Positions 56,501 to 64,000 of a DNA stretch of 64,000 nucleotides are shown piece after piece. Under the pieces are notes generated by a model. It searched no databases and was not told the origin of the DNA. It worked only from the letters and a program-made list of their open reading frames with translations. Source of the DNA: Lewinellaceae bacterium (lineage in GTDB: Bacteria; Bacteroidota; Bacteroidia; Chitinophagales; Saprospiraceae); NCBI GenBank assembly GCA_037445225.1, contig JBBIKW010000009.1:96192-160191 (forward strand), read 5' to 3'. Both the position numbers and the translations under genes were made by a program. The number at the start of each line of letters is the position of its first letter. Position 1 is the stretch's first letter.

Positions 56501-57775
56501 GGAATATGGCGGTGTAGCGCCGCTGGCAGCGATGCTGGCTCGCCCATCGGCCCCTCCGTAGCAGCGCACAGAGTCCTGCGACGAGGTGAAAGAGAAGGGC
56601 GGTGGTTCGCCCACCGTATCCTGAACGACTACCGTGCAGCCATTAGCATCCTGTACGGTGAGGGCATAGCAGCCGGCGAAGAGGTCGACGACCTGGGCAC
56701 TGTTGTACACCGTGCCGCCAGAGCAGCGCTGCCAACGGAAAGTCAAGCTGCCTACGCCTCCTGAAGCCGATGCTGAGACCGCGCCGCTGTTGTCGGCAAA
56801 GCACCGCGCATCGGTCGCAGTTGCTTGTACTTCAAGAGGTGGCGGTTCGCCTATGGCAAACGATACCGTGTCGCGACAACCCACGGAGTCGCGCGCCGCT
56901 ATAGCGTAAGCGCCCGCAGCAAACACTTGATCAAAGACGCCAGCAGAAAAAGCCATGGGATTGCCCGCGATAAAAAATTGTACCGGCCCTATGGCATTGT
57001 TGGCCGCGACCGCGGCAGAACCCGAAGGCGTTCCAGCACAGCGGGCATCGCTTGTCGACACCAAGGTGAGCTGTAAGGTGCACTCTACATATGCTTTATT
57101 CGCCGAAAAGCTCAGCACGGAGCAGTTCGGGTTGCCGCTCACCGGCCGCACCTCCAAGATGACCACCTCTCCTGGCGACAGCCCATCGACCACATGCCCT
57201 AGCGGCTCGCTTGAGGGTTGCCAAGGACTGCCGTTCACGCTCACTTCAAAACCCGCACTGCCTACCACTTCGTCCCAACGCCAGTGCATGGCGCCGTTGC
57301 GCATCTGCACTACTTGCACGTTTGCTGGAGCCGGCAATACACAGGGCGCGCACTGGATCGACGCCGACCAACCGGCTGCATTACCTTGTGTATCCGAGAC
57401 AAAGACCACTCCGAGGCAGCCGCTCAGATTATTTGCTGAGGCAACCGCCAGTATAGGCTGCGTCGAGGTGAAATCGGTATAGCAAGCAATGACGGGTGAA
57501 GACGGCGTGTTCCCATCCAATAGGCATAGGGTGTCTCCCGGCGCAATAGCAAGCGTGTCGAAGCGCAACAACACCTGCGTGCTCCCAACATTATCGGAGC
57601 AAAGGGTGGTATACACTTTCTGATTGTCCGGATAATTTCCACCTACTCCGCCGGCATCGACAAACCGCCCGCTGCACACCACAATGGGCGTTCCGTCCAG
57701 CAGAAACTCCTGCGCCCAAAAAGGAGTTGCCTTAAAAAACAGGGAAGATAAAGCGATCAAATAGGCACTTTTCAT
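53501..57775 (-). CDS. giant T9SS adhesin: CUB-like N-terminal domain, about thirteen SprB-type repeats, type-B C-terminal domain
   Basis: 1424 aa. Signal peptide. Repeats such as CYGGADGRASIAASGATPPYSYRW and CAGGNDGAAWAVVSGGSPPYAYLW. C-terminus YVPLAFSPNGDGQNDRL…VFDRWGALVFE…GWDGSFRG…GTYTWYAEV…NVLLVR. Confidence 0.88.
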   Translation of the reverse strand: MKSAYLIALSSLFFKATPFWAQEFLLDGTPIVVCSGRFVDAGGVGGNYPDNQKVYTTLCSDNVGSTQVLLRFDTLAIAPGDTLCLLDGNTPSSPVIACYTDFTSTQPILAVASANNLSGCLGVVFVSDTQGNAAGWSASIQCAPCVLPAPANVQVVQMRNGAMHWRWDEVVGSAGFEVSVNGSPWQPSSEPLGHVVDGLSPGEVVILEVRPVSGNPNCSVLSFSANKAYVECTLQLTLVSTSDARCAGTPSGSAAVAANNAIGPVQFFIAGNPMAFSAGVFDQVFAAGAYAIAARDSVGCRDTVSFAIGEPPPLEVQATATDARCFADNSGAVSASASGGVGSLTFRWQRCSGGTVYNSAQVVDLFAGCYALTVQDANGCTVVVQDTVGEPPPFSFTSSQDSVRCYGGADGRASIAASGATPPYSYRWSNGDVGTAADSLKAGFHSVTVTDSAGCQAVTLVQVHQPPLLQIDSLRSVEVRCFGDSNGAVVARAVGGCPPFSFLWNNQGSGAALDNLTAGTYTVTVTDRNGCTVSGSVSVGSPAALMAQIAVQGERCVGACDGSAALTLSGGTPPLSVTWLTSGIPPGQTKVEGLCPGIYRFVLSDDRSCVVEDSFAVPAAVPLAVSLLSTAPACAGENSGAVFANISGGMPPYQFLWSNGHSDNPMTGVPCGTYGLMVSDSLGCTQTAVADVPCPEALVVDSLVAVPAHCPGNADGTATVFARGGAGVLSYQWSDPNQQISATAVNLLAGVYTVTVSDANGCSATASGTVEQPPAWQAVLFAKPVTCAGGNDGAAWAVVSGGSPPYAYLWSSGGTDSVATSLSAGPYQLTISDAQGCTWVPPSVLVEQPATLLQVTTTVVQRACFNGGGGQVRAEATGGSGPPFSYRWSNQATSAELTDVSAGVFAVTVSDAAGCTAVQSVTVDRWDSIAVSIVAILPSCPEERDGQASVNKLEGGAGNGVRQNYVLQWNIPGVGDTIYLNGLSSGQRLSLTVTDNAGCTAVFERHIDSLPPIRPILRVDSIRCFGQRDGAAYVVDVQSTRPIAFFRWSTLAAGTKIEQLGPGVYTVTATDMQGCTGTASVTVDEPPPLGGVLRVQNLLCAEDRNGRLHLIPSGGVPPYTFLWNTGATSDLLENLGPGSYTVTLTDQKGCTYVAAAVVQAPPPLKVDVRITAPTCFGYLNGRAELFVQGGQPPFRYGLNGNPLGGSPTFPALKAGQYMARVVDGNGCQAEVGFEVSQPLPVQVTLTPDSSIAFGDTLLLTADVFNAVGDAALSWSSGLSNAFSCADPPECASIWAYPAHTTLYTATAVDANGCSGSSSMRVHVDKPRGVYVPLAFSPNGDGQNDRLVVHGSPRHIQNVRLFRVFDRWGALVFEQYDWLPNDEARGWDGSFRGQPAQVGTYTWYAEVRYRDGYEERMHGNVLLVR

Positions 57776-57998
57776 AGTGGGCTAAGAATGAACGTTGTGG
57801 CACCGAAGAGTCGTAATGCGCCTACTGCCGGCACCCAACAAATCTACTAAGAAAGATGGCCAGAAAATGTTTTTGCGCTGCTCACTCCTATTTTTTATTT
57901 GCTATTGCGTTTGAGCGCTACCTACTTTTTCGTGTGTGCATTTTGGCCGTTCTTTGCTGTGTCTTCCAGCGTGTTGGCAAAAAAGCAGCTTTTCTCTC

Positions 57999-58925
57999 GT
58001 GGGCATCAAGGCATTTGCTCCAGCATCGATCGGCAATGTAGGCGTAGGTTTCGACGTGTTAGGTTTGGCCTTAGAACGTCCGGGCGACGAGGTCATTGCG
58101 CGCAAGCACCCTGGACGTGGGCTGCGCATCGCCAAGATAACGGGGCACGGCGGCAGGTTGCCTTACGAAGTAGAGGCCAATACGGCGGGCGTAGCGGCAC
58201 AGCGGTTGTTAGAGTATTTAGGTGCGACGGAGGCAGGCATTGCACTCGAGATCCACAAGAAGATGCCTTTGGGAAGCGGTCTGGGCAGCAGTGCGGCCAG
58301 TGCGGCTGCGGCGGTGTTGGCGGTGAGCGAGCTGCTGCGCACCGGCATGAGCAAGCGCGAGTTGCTGCGCTTTGCTTGCTTAGGCGAGCAAGTGGCCGCC
58401 GGCAGCTCTCACGCCGACAACGTAGCGCCTGCGCTGTTGGGCGGCATCGTGCTCATCTGCGACAACGAGACGCTCGACGTACACCGCATTCACACGCCAC
58501 CGGGATTGTATATCGCCGTCGTACATCCTCACATCGAGGTGCTTACGCGCCACGCGCGGGCAGCGCTGAAAGCCGAAGTTCCGCTGCGCGACTTCGTTCG
58601 CCAAAGCGCCTTCTTGGCCGGCTTCATCACCGGCTGCTTCACTGCCAACATCGACCTCATCGGTCGGTGCTTGCGCGATGTCGTCGTCGAGCCGCAGCGC
58701 GCCCGTCTCATCCCAGGCTTTTACGAAGTGCAGGCCGCCGCCATGGAAGCCGGTGCCTTAGGTTGCAGCATCTCCGGAGCAGGTCCTTCGGTCTTCGCCC
58801 TGTGCTCCAACAGCCTCATCGCCGAAAACGCCGGCGAAGCCATGCAAAACGCCTTTCGCCAACACCACGTATCCAGCGACCTATTTCTCTCCTCCATCAA
58901 CCCGGAGGGCGCTGTGATTTGCTAA
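57999..58925 (+). CDS. thrB: homoserine kinase
   Basis: GHMP kinase motif PLGSGLGSSAASAAA. The N-terminus (M)GIKAFAPASIGNVGVGFD is typical of ThrB. I chose the GTG at 57999 rather than the track start at 57936, and this start is uncertain. Confidence 0.85.
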   Translation: MGIKAFAPASIGNVGVGFDVLGLALERPGDEVIARKHPGRGLRIAKITGHGGRLPYEVEANTAGVAAQRLLEYLGATEAGIALEIHKKMPLGSGLGSSAASAAAAVLAVSELLRTGMSKRELLRFACLGEQVAAGSSHADNVAPALLGGIVLICDNETLDVHRIHTPPGLYIAVVHPHIEVLTRHARAALKAEVPLRDFVRQSAFLAGFITGCFTANIDLIGRCLRDVVVEPQRARLIPGFYEVQAAAMEAGALGCSISGAGPSVFALCSNSLIAENAGEAMQNAFRQHHVSSDLFLSSINPEGAVIC

Positions 58926-59061
58926 AACAAAGCTGCAGCTTTCTGACATCTGCAGCGAGTGCCGTATTTTTGGGCTGATTTTTGCTGCAATTAAGCGATT
59001 TATACCCACGGTTTCATCGCCGGCAGTAGTGTCATAGTGCTCACTCAACCCTCTTCCCTCC

Positions 59062-60168
59062 ATGAACAAACGACTACTCGGTTTAGCTATCATTGCATCG
59101 GCCGCCCTCATAGCCGCTCCCTTTTCGTCCTTTGCCACAACGAAAACGGAGCAAGTGGAAAAGTACCTGGGCACCCAGCGCTACAAGCGCGAACGCCCCG
59201 TCGGTACGGTGAAGTTTGTCTTCAAACGCGCAGTGCTCAAGCGACAAGGCGACGGCAAAAAGACCTACGAGCAACTGCTTATCGGTGAGCCCGGCTTTTC
59301 TAACCGCAACAACGCCGGCCCGTTGCTCTCCATCCAGATCGTGCACAAGGGCAAAACCACTGTTGTGGAACCCGAGTCGGCGCGTCAAGCGCGTAAGGCG
59401 GAGCACGTCCAATCGAAGGAGAAAGTGCCCAAAAGACACGACAACAAGGCACCCAAAGCGCGGGCTGTGGCACAACATTCGGAATTGCCGACGAAAAAAG
59501 AGGAAACTATCCGCGTGAAGCCGCAGCGCGTCCCTATGTCGGTTAAGGGCGATGCCAAGGCAGAGGTTGTTCCAGCAACGGCGACCAGCTCGCGGCCGGA
59601 GCCTACACCTCTTGCGTACAGCGCGCCTTCAGCAGCGGAAGCGGCTCAACGATTAGCTATCGACCCTGTGCGGCCGCGGCAAAACATCCCCCCTCGACCC
59701 GACAGCGAAAACAAGGGGATTAGCTTGCCCGACTCTGCCACGATGGTCCGCAACATCGAGGAAGCCAAGGAGCAGATTACCTCTTGGAAAGGCCGACTTT
59801 GGCAGACGATCAAGCCGGCATGGGAGTTCATCATGTGGGTCTTCAGCAGCCTCATCGTAGTGCTCATCTGTTTTGCCGGCATCTGCCGATACGTCGCGAA
59901 GACGGCCGCTTCTGAAAGCCTCATCAGCGCCTACGGCCGAGTTATTGTGGGGCGCTGGATCGTGTCGGCGCATCAAAATGCTGCCGCCATGCTGCTGGTC
60001 ATCACTTGGATTATCGCCATCGTGCTGCTGCTCGACGTGTTTATGTGGTTGGTGTATTTAGACCTTCCCATCTGGACGCTGCTCATCATCTGGTTCCCAG
60101 CCTTATGGGTGGCCGAAAAGATCACCAGCTGGATTGTGCCGAACATTCCCATCGCAGGGCATCCGTAA
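59062..60168 (+). CDS. hypothetical membrane protein (signal peptide, basic low-complexity middle, C-terminal multi-TM block)
   Basis: 368 aa. MNKRLLGLAIIASAALIAAPFSSFA. A K/R/P-rich central region. 3-4 TM helices in the last 110 residues or so. No family recognised. Confidence 0.55.
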   Translation: MNKRLLGLAIIASAALIAAPFSSFATTKTEQVEKYLGTQRYKRERPVGTVKFVFKRAVLKRQGDGKKTYEQLLIGEPGFSNRNNAGPLLSIQIVHKGKTTVVEPESARQARKAEHVQSKEKVPKRHDNKAPKARAVAQHSELPTKKEETIRVKPQRVPMSVKGDAKAEVVPATATSSRPEPTPLAYSAPSAAEAAQRLAIDPVRPRQNIPPRPDSENKGISLPDSATMVRNIEEAKEQITSWKGRLWQTIKPAWEFIMWVFSSLIVVLICFAGICRYVAKTAASESLISAYGRVIVGRWIVSAHQNAAAMLLVITWIIAIVLLLDVFMWLVYLDLPIWTLLIIWFPALWVAEKITSWIVPNIPIAGHP

Positions 60169-60214
60169 CGCCTTGGAACAACCGTCCAGAGGTGAGCGGC
60201 GTCTTGCTCTTGCC

Positions 60215-62050
60215 ATGCGCGGTCTGCTGCTCACTGTACTGTTCGGATTAGCTGCTGGTGCCGATGTCGTTGCGCAGAGCACGGAGGTACTGCTTTGCGG
60301 CAAGCCGGCCGAGTTGAACCTAATGCTGTTGCGATGGCGGGCAGACGAGGTAACCGCAGTGCGCAGGGCTGAGGATACGTTGTGGTTAAGGGCGCCCGAC
60401 AGCGCAGCGCTGCGCGCGAGTTTGCGTCGAGCGCTCGACCAATGGCACCGAGATGCATACCTGTTGGCCTCTATAGACGGCTGGCGTGTGCTTTCCGACA
60501 GCACGGCCGCAGCCCAGCTGTATTTAGGGCCGCGCTTTCACTGGGTTGCCCTTCGACTGTCGGAGGCAGATGAACGCTGGTTGGATGCCATAAGGCTGCG
60601 CGAGCAGCCTAAAACAGGGGCGCCCCTTCTTCCCGACCAGCTGCTGCGCTGGCAGCAATCGCTGTTGGAGCGGGCGGAAAATCGCGGCTACCCTTTTGCG
60701 GCCGTACGCCTCGACAGCATACGCCTGTTGCCCGAGGGCGGGGTGTCGGCCACGCTGGCGGTAGAGCGCGGCCCCTTCATTGCCTTCGCCGAACCTCGAC
60801 TATACGGAAACGTGCGCCTGTCGCCGCGCTATTTGGCCCGATACTTAGGACTAAGACCCGGCGCACCCTACAGCTATGAGCGCGTTCGGCAGGTGCCGGA
60901 GCGATTGCGCACCCTCCTATTTGTTGAACCCACTGCCGAGCCCAGCATCACCTTTAGTGACGAGGCGGCCTGTGTGAACTTATTCCTGCAGCGGAAACGC
61001 GCTAGTCGCTTCGACCTCGTTATCGGCCTGCTGCCGCAACCCAACGACCCTGCCGGCCGCCTGCTGCTCACCGGAGCCCTCCAGATGGCCCTACTCGATG
61101 CCCTTCACCAGGGCGAACGCATCAGCGCCGAGCTGGAACGGCTGCGTCCCGAAACGCAAAAACTCGACGTGCAAGCGGCTTTCCCTTACCTCATGGGTAC
61201 GCCTTGGGGCCTCGATGGGCGCTTCCTGCTCTTCCGACGCGACAGCACCTGGATCGACGCCCAAGGCGAGATAGGCGTACAGTACTTTCTCGAAGGAGCC
61301 GACCACCTCAAGTTTTTCGCCGAAGGCCGCACCTTATCGCTGCAAACGGTAGACACAGCGCGCGTGCTGCAAACGCGCCAGCTGCCCGCCGCCTTAGACA
61401 TGCGACAGCAGGCAGCCGGCATAGAGGTGTCCCTCCAACGCTTAGACTACCGCTTTAACCCACGCCAAGGATGGGCGCTGTGGATGCGCGCCACTGCCGG
61501 CTTCAGCCGCATCTTGCCCAACGCCCAAATAGAGACCCTCCGCGACCCTGTCGACACAACCTTTCGCTTTGCGAGCCTATACGACGGACTGACGCAGCCC
61601 ATTGCCCGATACCAGACCGATGCCCGCATAGAGGTGTTCACGCCCCTGGGGGTGCGCACGACGACGCTTTTGCGCTTGCGCATCGGCGCAATACTGGCCG
61701 ACCGTCCCATCTTTACCAACGAGCAATATCGCCTGGGCGGCCACAAGCTGATGCGCGGATTCGACGAGGAAAGTCTTTTCGCTACTCGGTTTGCCGTGGC
61801 TTCGGCCGAAATACGCCTGCTTACCGGCCGAAATGCCTACTGGGCCGTCTTCGCCGATGCAGGCTATTTGGAAAACACTACCGACCGCCAACGCCTCTTT
61901 CTGCGCCCAAGAGGGGCTGGCGCCGGCATCTACCTCGAAACTCAGGCCGGCATCTTCGGCATCAGCCTCGCCATCGGCGCGCGCCAATGGCGCGAACCCT
62001 TTGAATGGCGCGCACCTAAGCTACACCTCGGATATGTAAACTGGTTCTAA
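60215..62050 (+). CDS. Omp85 (BamA/TamA) family outer-membrane protein
   Basis: 611 aa from the ATG at 60215. Signal peptide MRGLLLTVLFGLAAGADVVAQ. POTRA-like N-terminal half. The C-terminal barrel has RLGGHKLMRGFDE and ends with terminal residues LHLGYVNWF. Confidence 0.7.
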   Translation: MRGLLLTVLFGLAAGADVVAQSTEVLLCGKPAELNLMLLRWRADEVTAVRRAEDTLWLRAPDSAALRASLRRALDQWHRDAYLLASIDGWRVLSDSTAAAQLYLGPRFHWVALRLSEADERWLDAIRLREQPKTGAPLLPDQLLRWQQSLLERAENRGYPFAAVRLDSIRLLPEGGVSATLAVERGPFIAFAEPRLYGNVRLSPRYLARYLGLRPGAPYSYERVRQVPERLRTLLFVEPTAEPSITFSDEAACVNLFLQRKRASRFDLVIGLLPQPNDPAGRLLLTGALQMALLDALHQGERISAELERLRPETQKLDVQAAFPYLMGTPWGLDGRFLLFRRDSTWIDAQGEIGVQYFLEGADHLKFFAEGRTLSLQTVDTARVLQTRQLPAALDMRQQAAGIEVSLQRLDYRFNPRQGWALWMRATAGFSRILPNAQIETLRDPVDTTFRFASLYDGLTQPIARYQTDARIEVFTPLGVRTTTLLRLRIGAILADRPIFTNEQYRLGGHKLMRGFDEESLFATRFAVASAEIRLLTGRNAYWAVFADAGYLENTTDRQRLFLRPRGAGAGIYLETQAGIFGISLAIGARQWREPFEWRAPKLHLGYVNWF

Positions 62051-62069
62051 GGCTCTTCCAATGGAGCCC

Positions 62070-63041
62070 CTACCAGATGCGCTCGTCTCGCAAATAGCCG
62101 CGCACGTAGTCTTCTATGCCGGCGTCGAGGGTGTGAAACGGCGCTGTGTACCCTGCTTGCTGGCGCAACTTGTCCATGTCGGCTTGGGTAAAATACTGAT
62201 AGGTGGCGCGAATGTCTTCGGGCGTGTCCACAAAGGCGATGCGGGGTTCGACGTCCATAGCGCGGAAAGTGTGGATGGCTAAATCCAAAAACGTGCGCGC
62301 CTGACCGGTACCCAAATTGTAGATGGCATTGGGCGGGCGTTTTTCTAAGAAAAACAGCAAGACGTCGACCACATCTTTGACGTAAATGAAGTCGCGGCAT
62401 TGCTCCCCATCGCGAACATCTGGGCGGTGGGAGCGAAACAAATGCATCGTGCCGGTAGCCTTGATTTGGCGAGCCGTATGGAAGACGACAGAAGCCATGC
62501 GCCCTTTGTGGTACTCGTTGGGACCGTAGACATTGAAGAACTTAAACCCCGCCCAACGAATGCTCGCCTGCGGTGCGTGTTGGAGCAGCCACAAGTCAAA
62601 GCGCTGTTTGCTCCACCCATAGGGGTTGAGCGGCTGTAAAAGCGGGAGGATCTTGGGGTCGTCGGAGTAGCCGTGCTCGCCGGCCCCATAAGTGGCAGCA
62701 CTGCTGGCGTAGTAGAACGGAAGGCCATTGTCGGCACAGCACTGCCAGAGCCGCTGGGAGTAGTGCAGATTGAGCGCGTCGAAGATGGACTGGTTTTGCT
62801 CGGTGGTGTCGGTGCGCGCACCTAAGTGAAAAACCGCTTCCACCGCGCGCCCATGAGCATCGAGCCACTCCCAGAGCGCTTCGCGGTGCACTTGCTCGCG
62901 CACTCGCTTGCCGGCCAAATTGCGCATCTTATCGACCCGACTAAAATCGTCTACGACAATGATGTCTTCGTATCCGGCATCGTTGAGCCGGCGCACCAAA
63001 CACGAGCCGATAAAGCCCGCTGCTCCCGTAACTACAATCAT
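62070..63041 (-). CDS. hldD: ADP-glyceromanno-heptose 6-epimerase
   Basis: 323 aa from the ATG at 63041. MIVVTGAAGFIGS, NPYGWSKQRFD (YxxxK), and FKFFNVYGPNEYHKGRMASVVFH, which closely parallels the E. coli HldD motif. Confidence 0.85.
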   Translation of the reverse strand: MIVVTGAAGFIGSCLVRRLNDAGYEDIIVVDDFSRVDKMRNLAGKRVREQVHREALWEWLDAHGRAVEAVFHLGARTDTTEQNQSIFDALNLHYSQRLWQCCADNGLPFYYASSAATYGAGEHGYSDDPKILPLLQPLNPYGWSKQRFDLWLLQHAPQASIRWAGFKFFNVYGPNEYHKGRMASVVFHTARQIKATGTMHLFRSHRPDVRDGEQCRDFIYVKDVVDVLLFFLEKRPPNAIYNLGTGQARTFLDLAIHTFRAMDVEPRIAFVDTPEDIRATYQYFTQADMDKLRQQAGYTAPFHTLDAGIEDYVRGYLRDERIW

Positions 63042-63203
63042 GACGTACTGCCTTTGTGAGGCGGCAAAGGTCGCAAAAGCGCAACACTCGACAACTGCCA
63101 GCGGCGCACGGGAGGGACGAGGGGATGTCGCTCGCAAAACGCCTATAGCCCAACCACGAATAGAAAATTCCGCATCTTTGCCCCTACAACTTCACCTCGA
63201 CAT

Positions 63204-64000
63204 ATGTTTAAGTCGCGACGCGCTCAGGCGCTGCTTCAATTAGGGCTTTTCGGTGGAGTATTGGTTCTCGCCAACATCTTAGCCAACCAAGTGTATACGC
63301 ACATCGACCTCACGGAGGAGAAGCGGTACACCCTGACCAAATCGACGCGAGAACTCCTGCGCAGTTTAGACGACCGCATCTACGTGCGGGTATTGTTGGA
63401 GGGCGAGTTTCCCGCAGGCTTCAAGCGCCTGCGCACCGCCACGCGCGAGATGCTGGACGACTTCCGAAGCATCAGCAGCTACATCGATTATCGCTTCGAA
63501 GACCCCAACCAAGGTAGCCGCCAAGAAGTGAATGAGCGCCGAAAAGCGCTCTTGGAAGAGGGCATCGCGCCCGTTAACCTCAATGTGCGTGGGGAAGCAG
63601 AGAGCAAGTCGCAAATCATCTATCCCACAGCTATATTTCACTACGGCAAACGCAAGGTGATTGTCAACCTCTTGGAAAATCAATCGCCTACCCTACTCCC
63701 CGATGAAGTGATCAACAACTCCATCAGTCTGTTAGAGTATAAGTTTGCCAATGCCATTAAAAAGTTGCGCACGCCGCAACGGCCCATCATCCTCTTCACC
63801 CGAGGGCATGGAGAACTCGACGAATGGCAAACCAAAGACTGGGAGCGCTCTCTCCGACAGTTCTACGACACCGACCGCATTACTCTGGACTCGGTGGTGC
63901 ATCTGCCGGCCGACAAGTGCGCCCTGCTCATCGTAGCTCAGCCGCGTTCCCCCTTTTCGGAGCGCGACAAGTTTATCATCGACCAGTACATTATGAACGG
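63204..64000 (+). CDS. gldG: gliding-motility ABC transporter accessory protein GldG, 3'-truncated at the window edge
   Basis: Absent from the ORF track because it runs off the window. ATG at 63204. My own translation is MFKSRRAQALLQLGLFGGVLVLANILANQVYTHIDLTEEKRYTLTKSTRELLRSLDDRIYVRVLLEGEFPAGFKRL…FTRGHGE, with no stop through 64000. This is the GldG N-terminal pattern. Confidence 0.8.
   Translation, partial: MFKSRRAQALLQLGLFGGVLVLANILANQVYTHIDLTEEKRYTLTKSTRELLRSLDDRIYVRVLLEGEFPAGFKRLRTATREMLDDFRSISSYIDYRFEDPNQGSRQEVNERRKALLEEGIAPVNLNVRGEAESKSQIIYPTAIFHYGKRKVIVNLLENQSPTLLPDEVINNSISLLEYKFANAIKKLRTPQRPIILFTRGHGELDEWQTKDWERSLRQFYDTDRITLDSVVHLPADKCALLIVAQPRSPFSERDKFIIDQYIMN

Noticed and set aside
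53509-57642. Numerous alternative-frame ORFs inside the 1424-aa adhesin gene.
   Set aside because: Same reasoning as for the other adhesin genes: one long repeat-bearing frame explains the region.
57899-58978. 359-aa plus-strand ORF overlapping thrB in another frame.
   Set aside because: It is extremely Arg/Ser/His-rich with no plausible fold. The thrB frame carries clear GHMP-kinase motifs. This is a typical shadow ORF of GC-rich DNA.
5423-63137. Long N-terminal extensions in track ORFs (5423, 8723, 11448, 22491, 24094, 28205, 32829, 33686, 41423, 42362, 46862, 49119, 53421, 57936, 60134, 63137).
   Set aside because: The extensions lack signal or domain logic, often overlap neighbouring genes or promoter boxes, and use GTG or TTG starts. 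Internal ATGs give N-termini typical of each family, so I trimmed the starts. The exact starts remain unverified.
1-64000. Search for CRISPR arrays, IS elements, integrases, phage genes, toxin-antitoxin pairs and restriction-modification genes.
   Set aside because: I saw no regularly spaced direct repeats, no terminal inverted repeats flanking an ORF, and no transposase, integrase or recombinase-like motifs in any track ORF. The tRNA-Leu is not followed by an integrase.

Overview
This is a 64-kb chromosomal segment that reads as Bacteroidota. The evidence is type-A and type-B T9SS C-terminal sorting domains, a PorP/SprF gene, a 3'-truncated gldG, SprB-type repeats, and TAnnTTTG -7 promoter boxes upstream of many genes. 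I call about 45 protein genes and one tRNA-Leu(GAG). Housekeeping genes recognised by motif are argS, pepT, udk, uvrB, djlA, tatA, a Nif3-like gene with its zinc-ribbon partner, a fused 2-oxoacid dehydrogenase E1 alpha/beta, icd, thrB and hldD. Other calls include an RND/MMPL exporter, a cation:proton antiporter, a CocE/NonD hydrolase, two periplasmic thioredoxin-fold proteins and two tandem rhodaneses. About a quarter of the window (15 kb) encodes five T9SS cargo proteins. Four are large adhesin-like proteins with the gliding-motility type-B C-terminal domain, and one of these (1541 aa) sits in a cassette with a cohesin-like type-A cargo gene and a PorP/SprF gene. I saw no rRNA, CRISPR array, transposase, integrase or phage genes. 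Points worth a second look: (1) an orphan minus-strand terminator with a 20-codon sORF upstream of argS; (2) a 1002-aa secreted protein with about 770 residues of 11-residue repeats; (3) a PGM1-like ATP-grasp ligase gene cut by an in-frame TAG; (4) an M48 peptidase whose SH3b-like tail continues in another frame; (5) an HD plus Pycsar-effector-like membrane protein with a degenerate HD motif and no cyclase; (6) a structured leader or sRNA candidate upstream of one adhesin gene. I did not find a clearly novel multi-gene system. All family calls rest on motif recognition by eye, with no database search.
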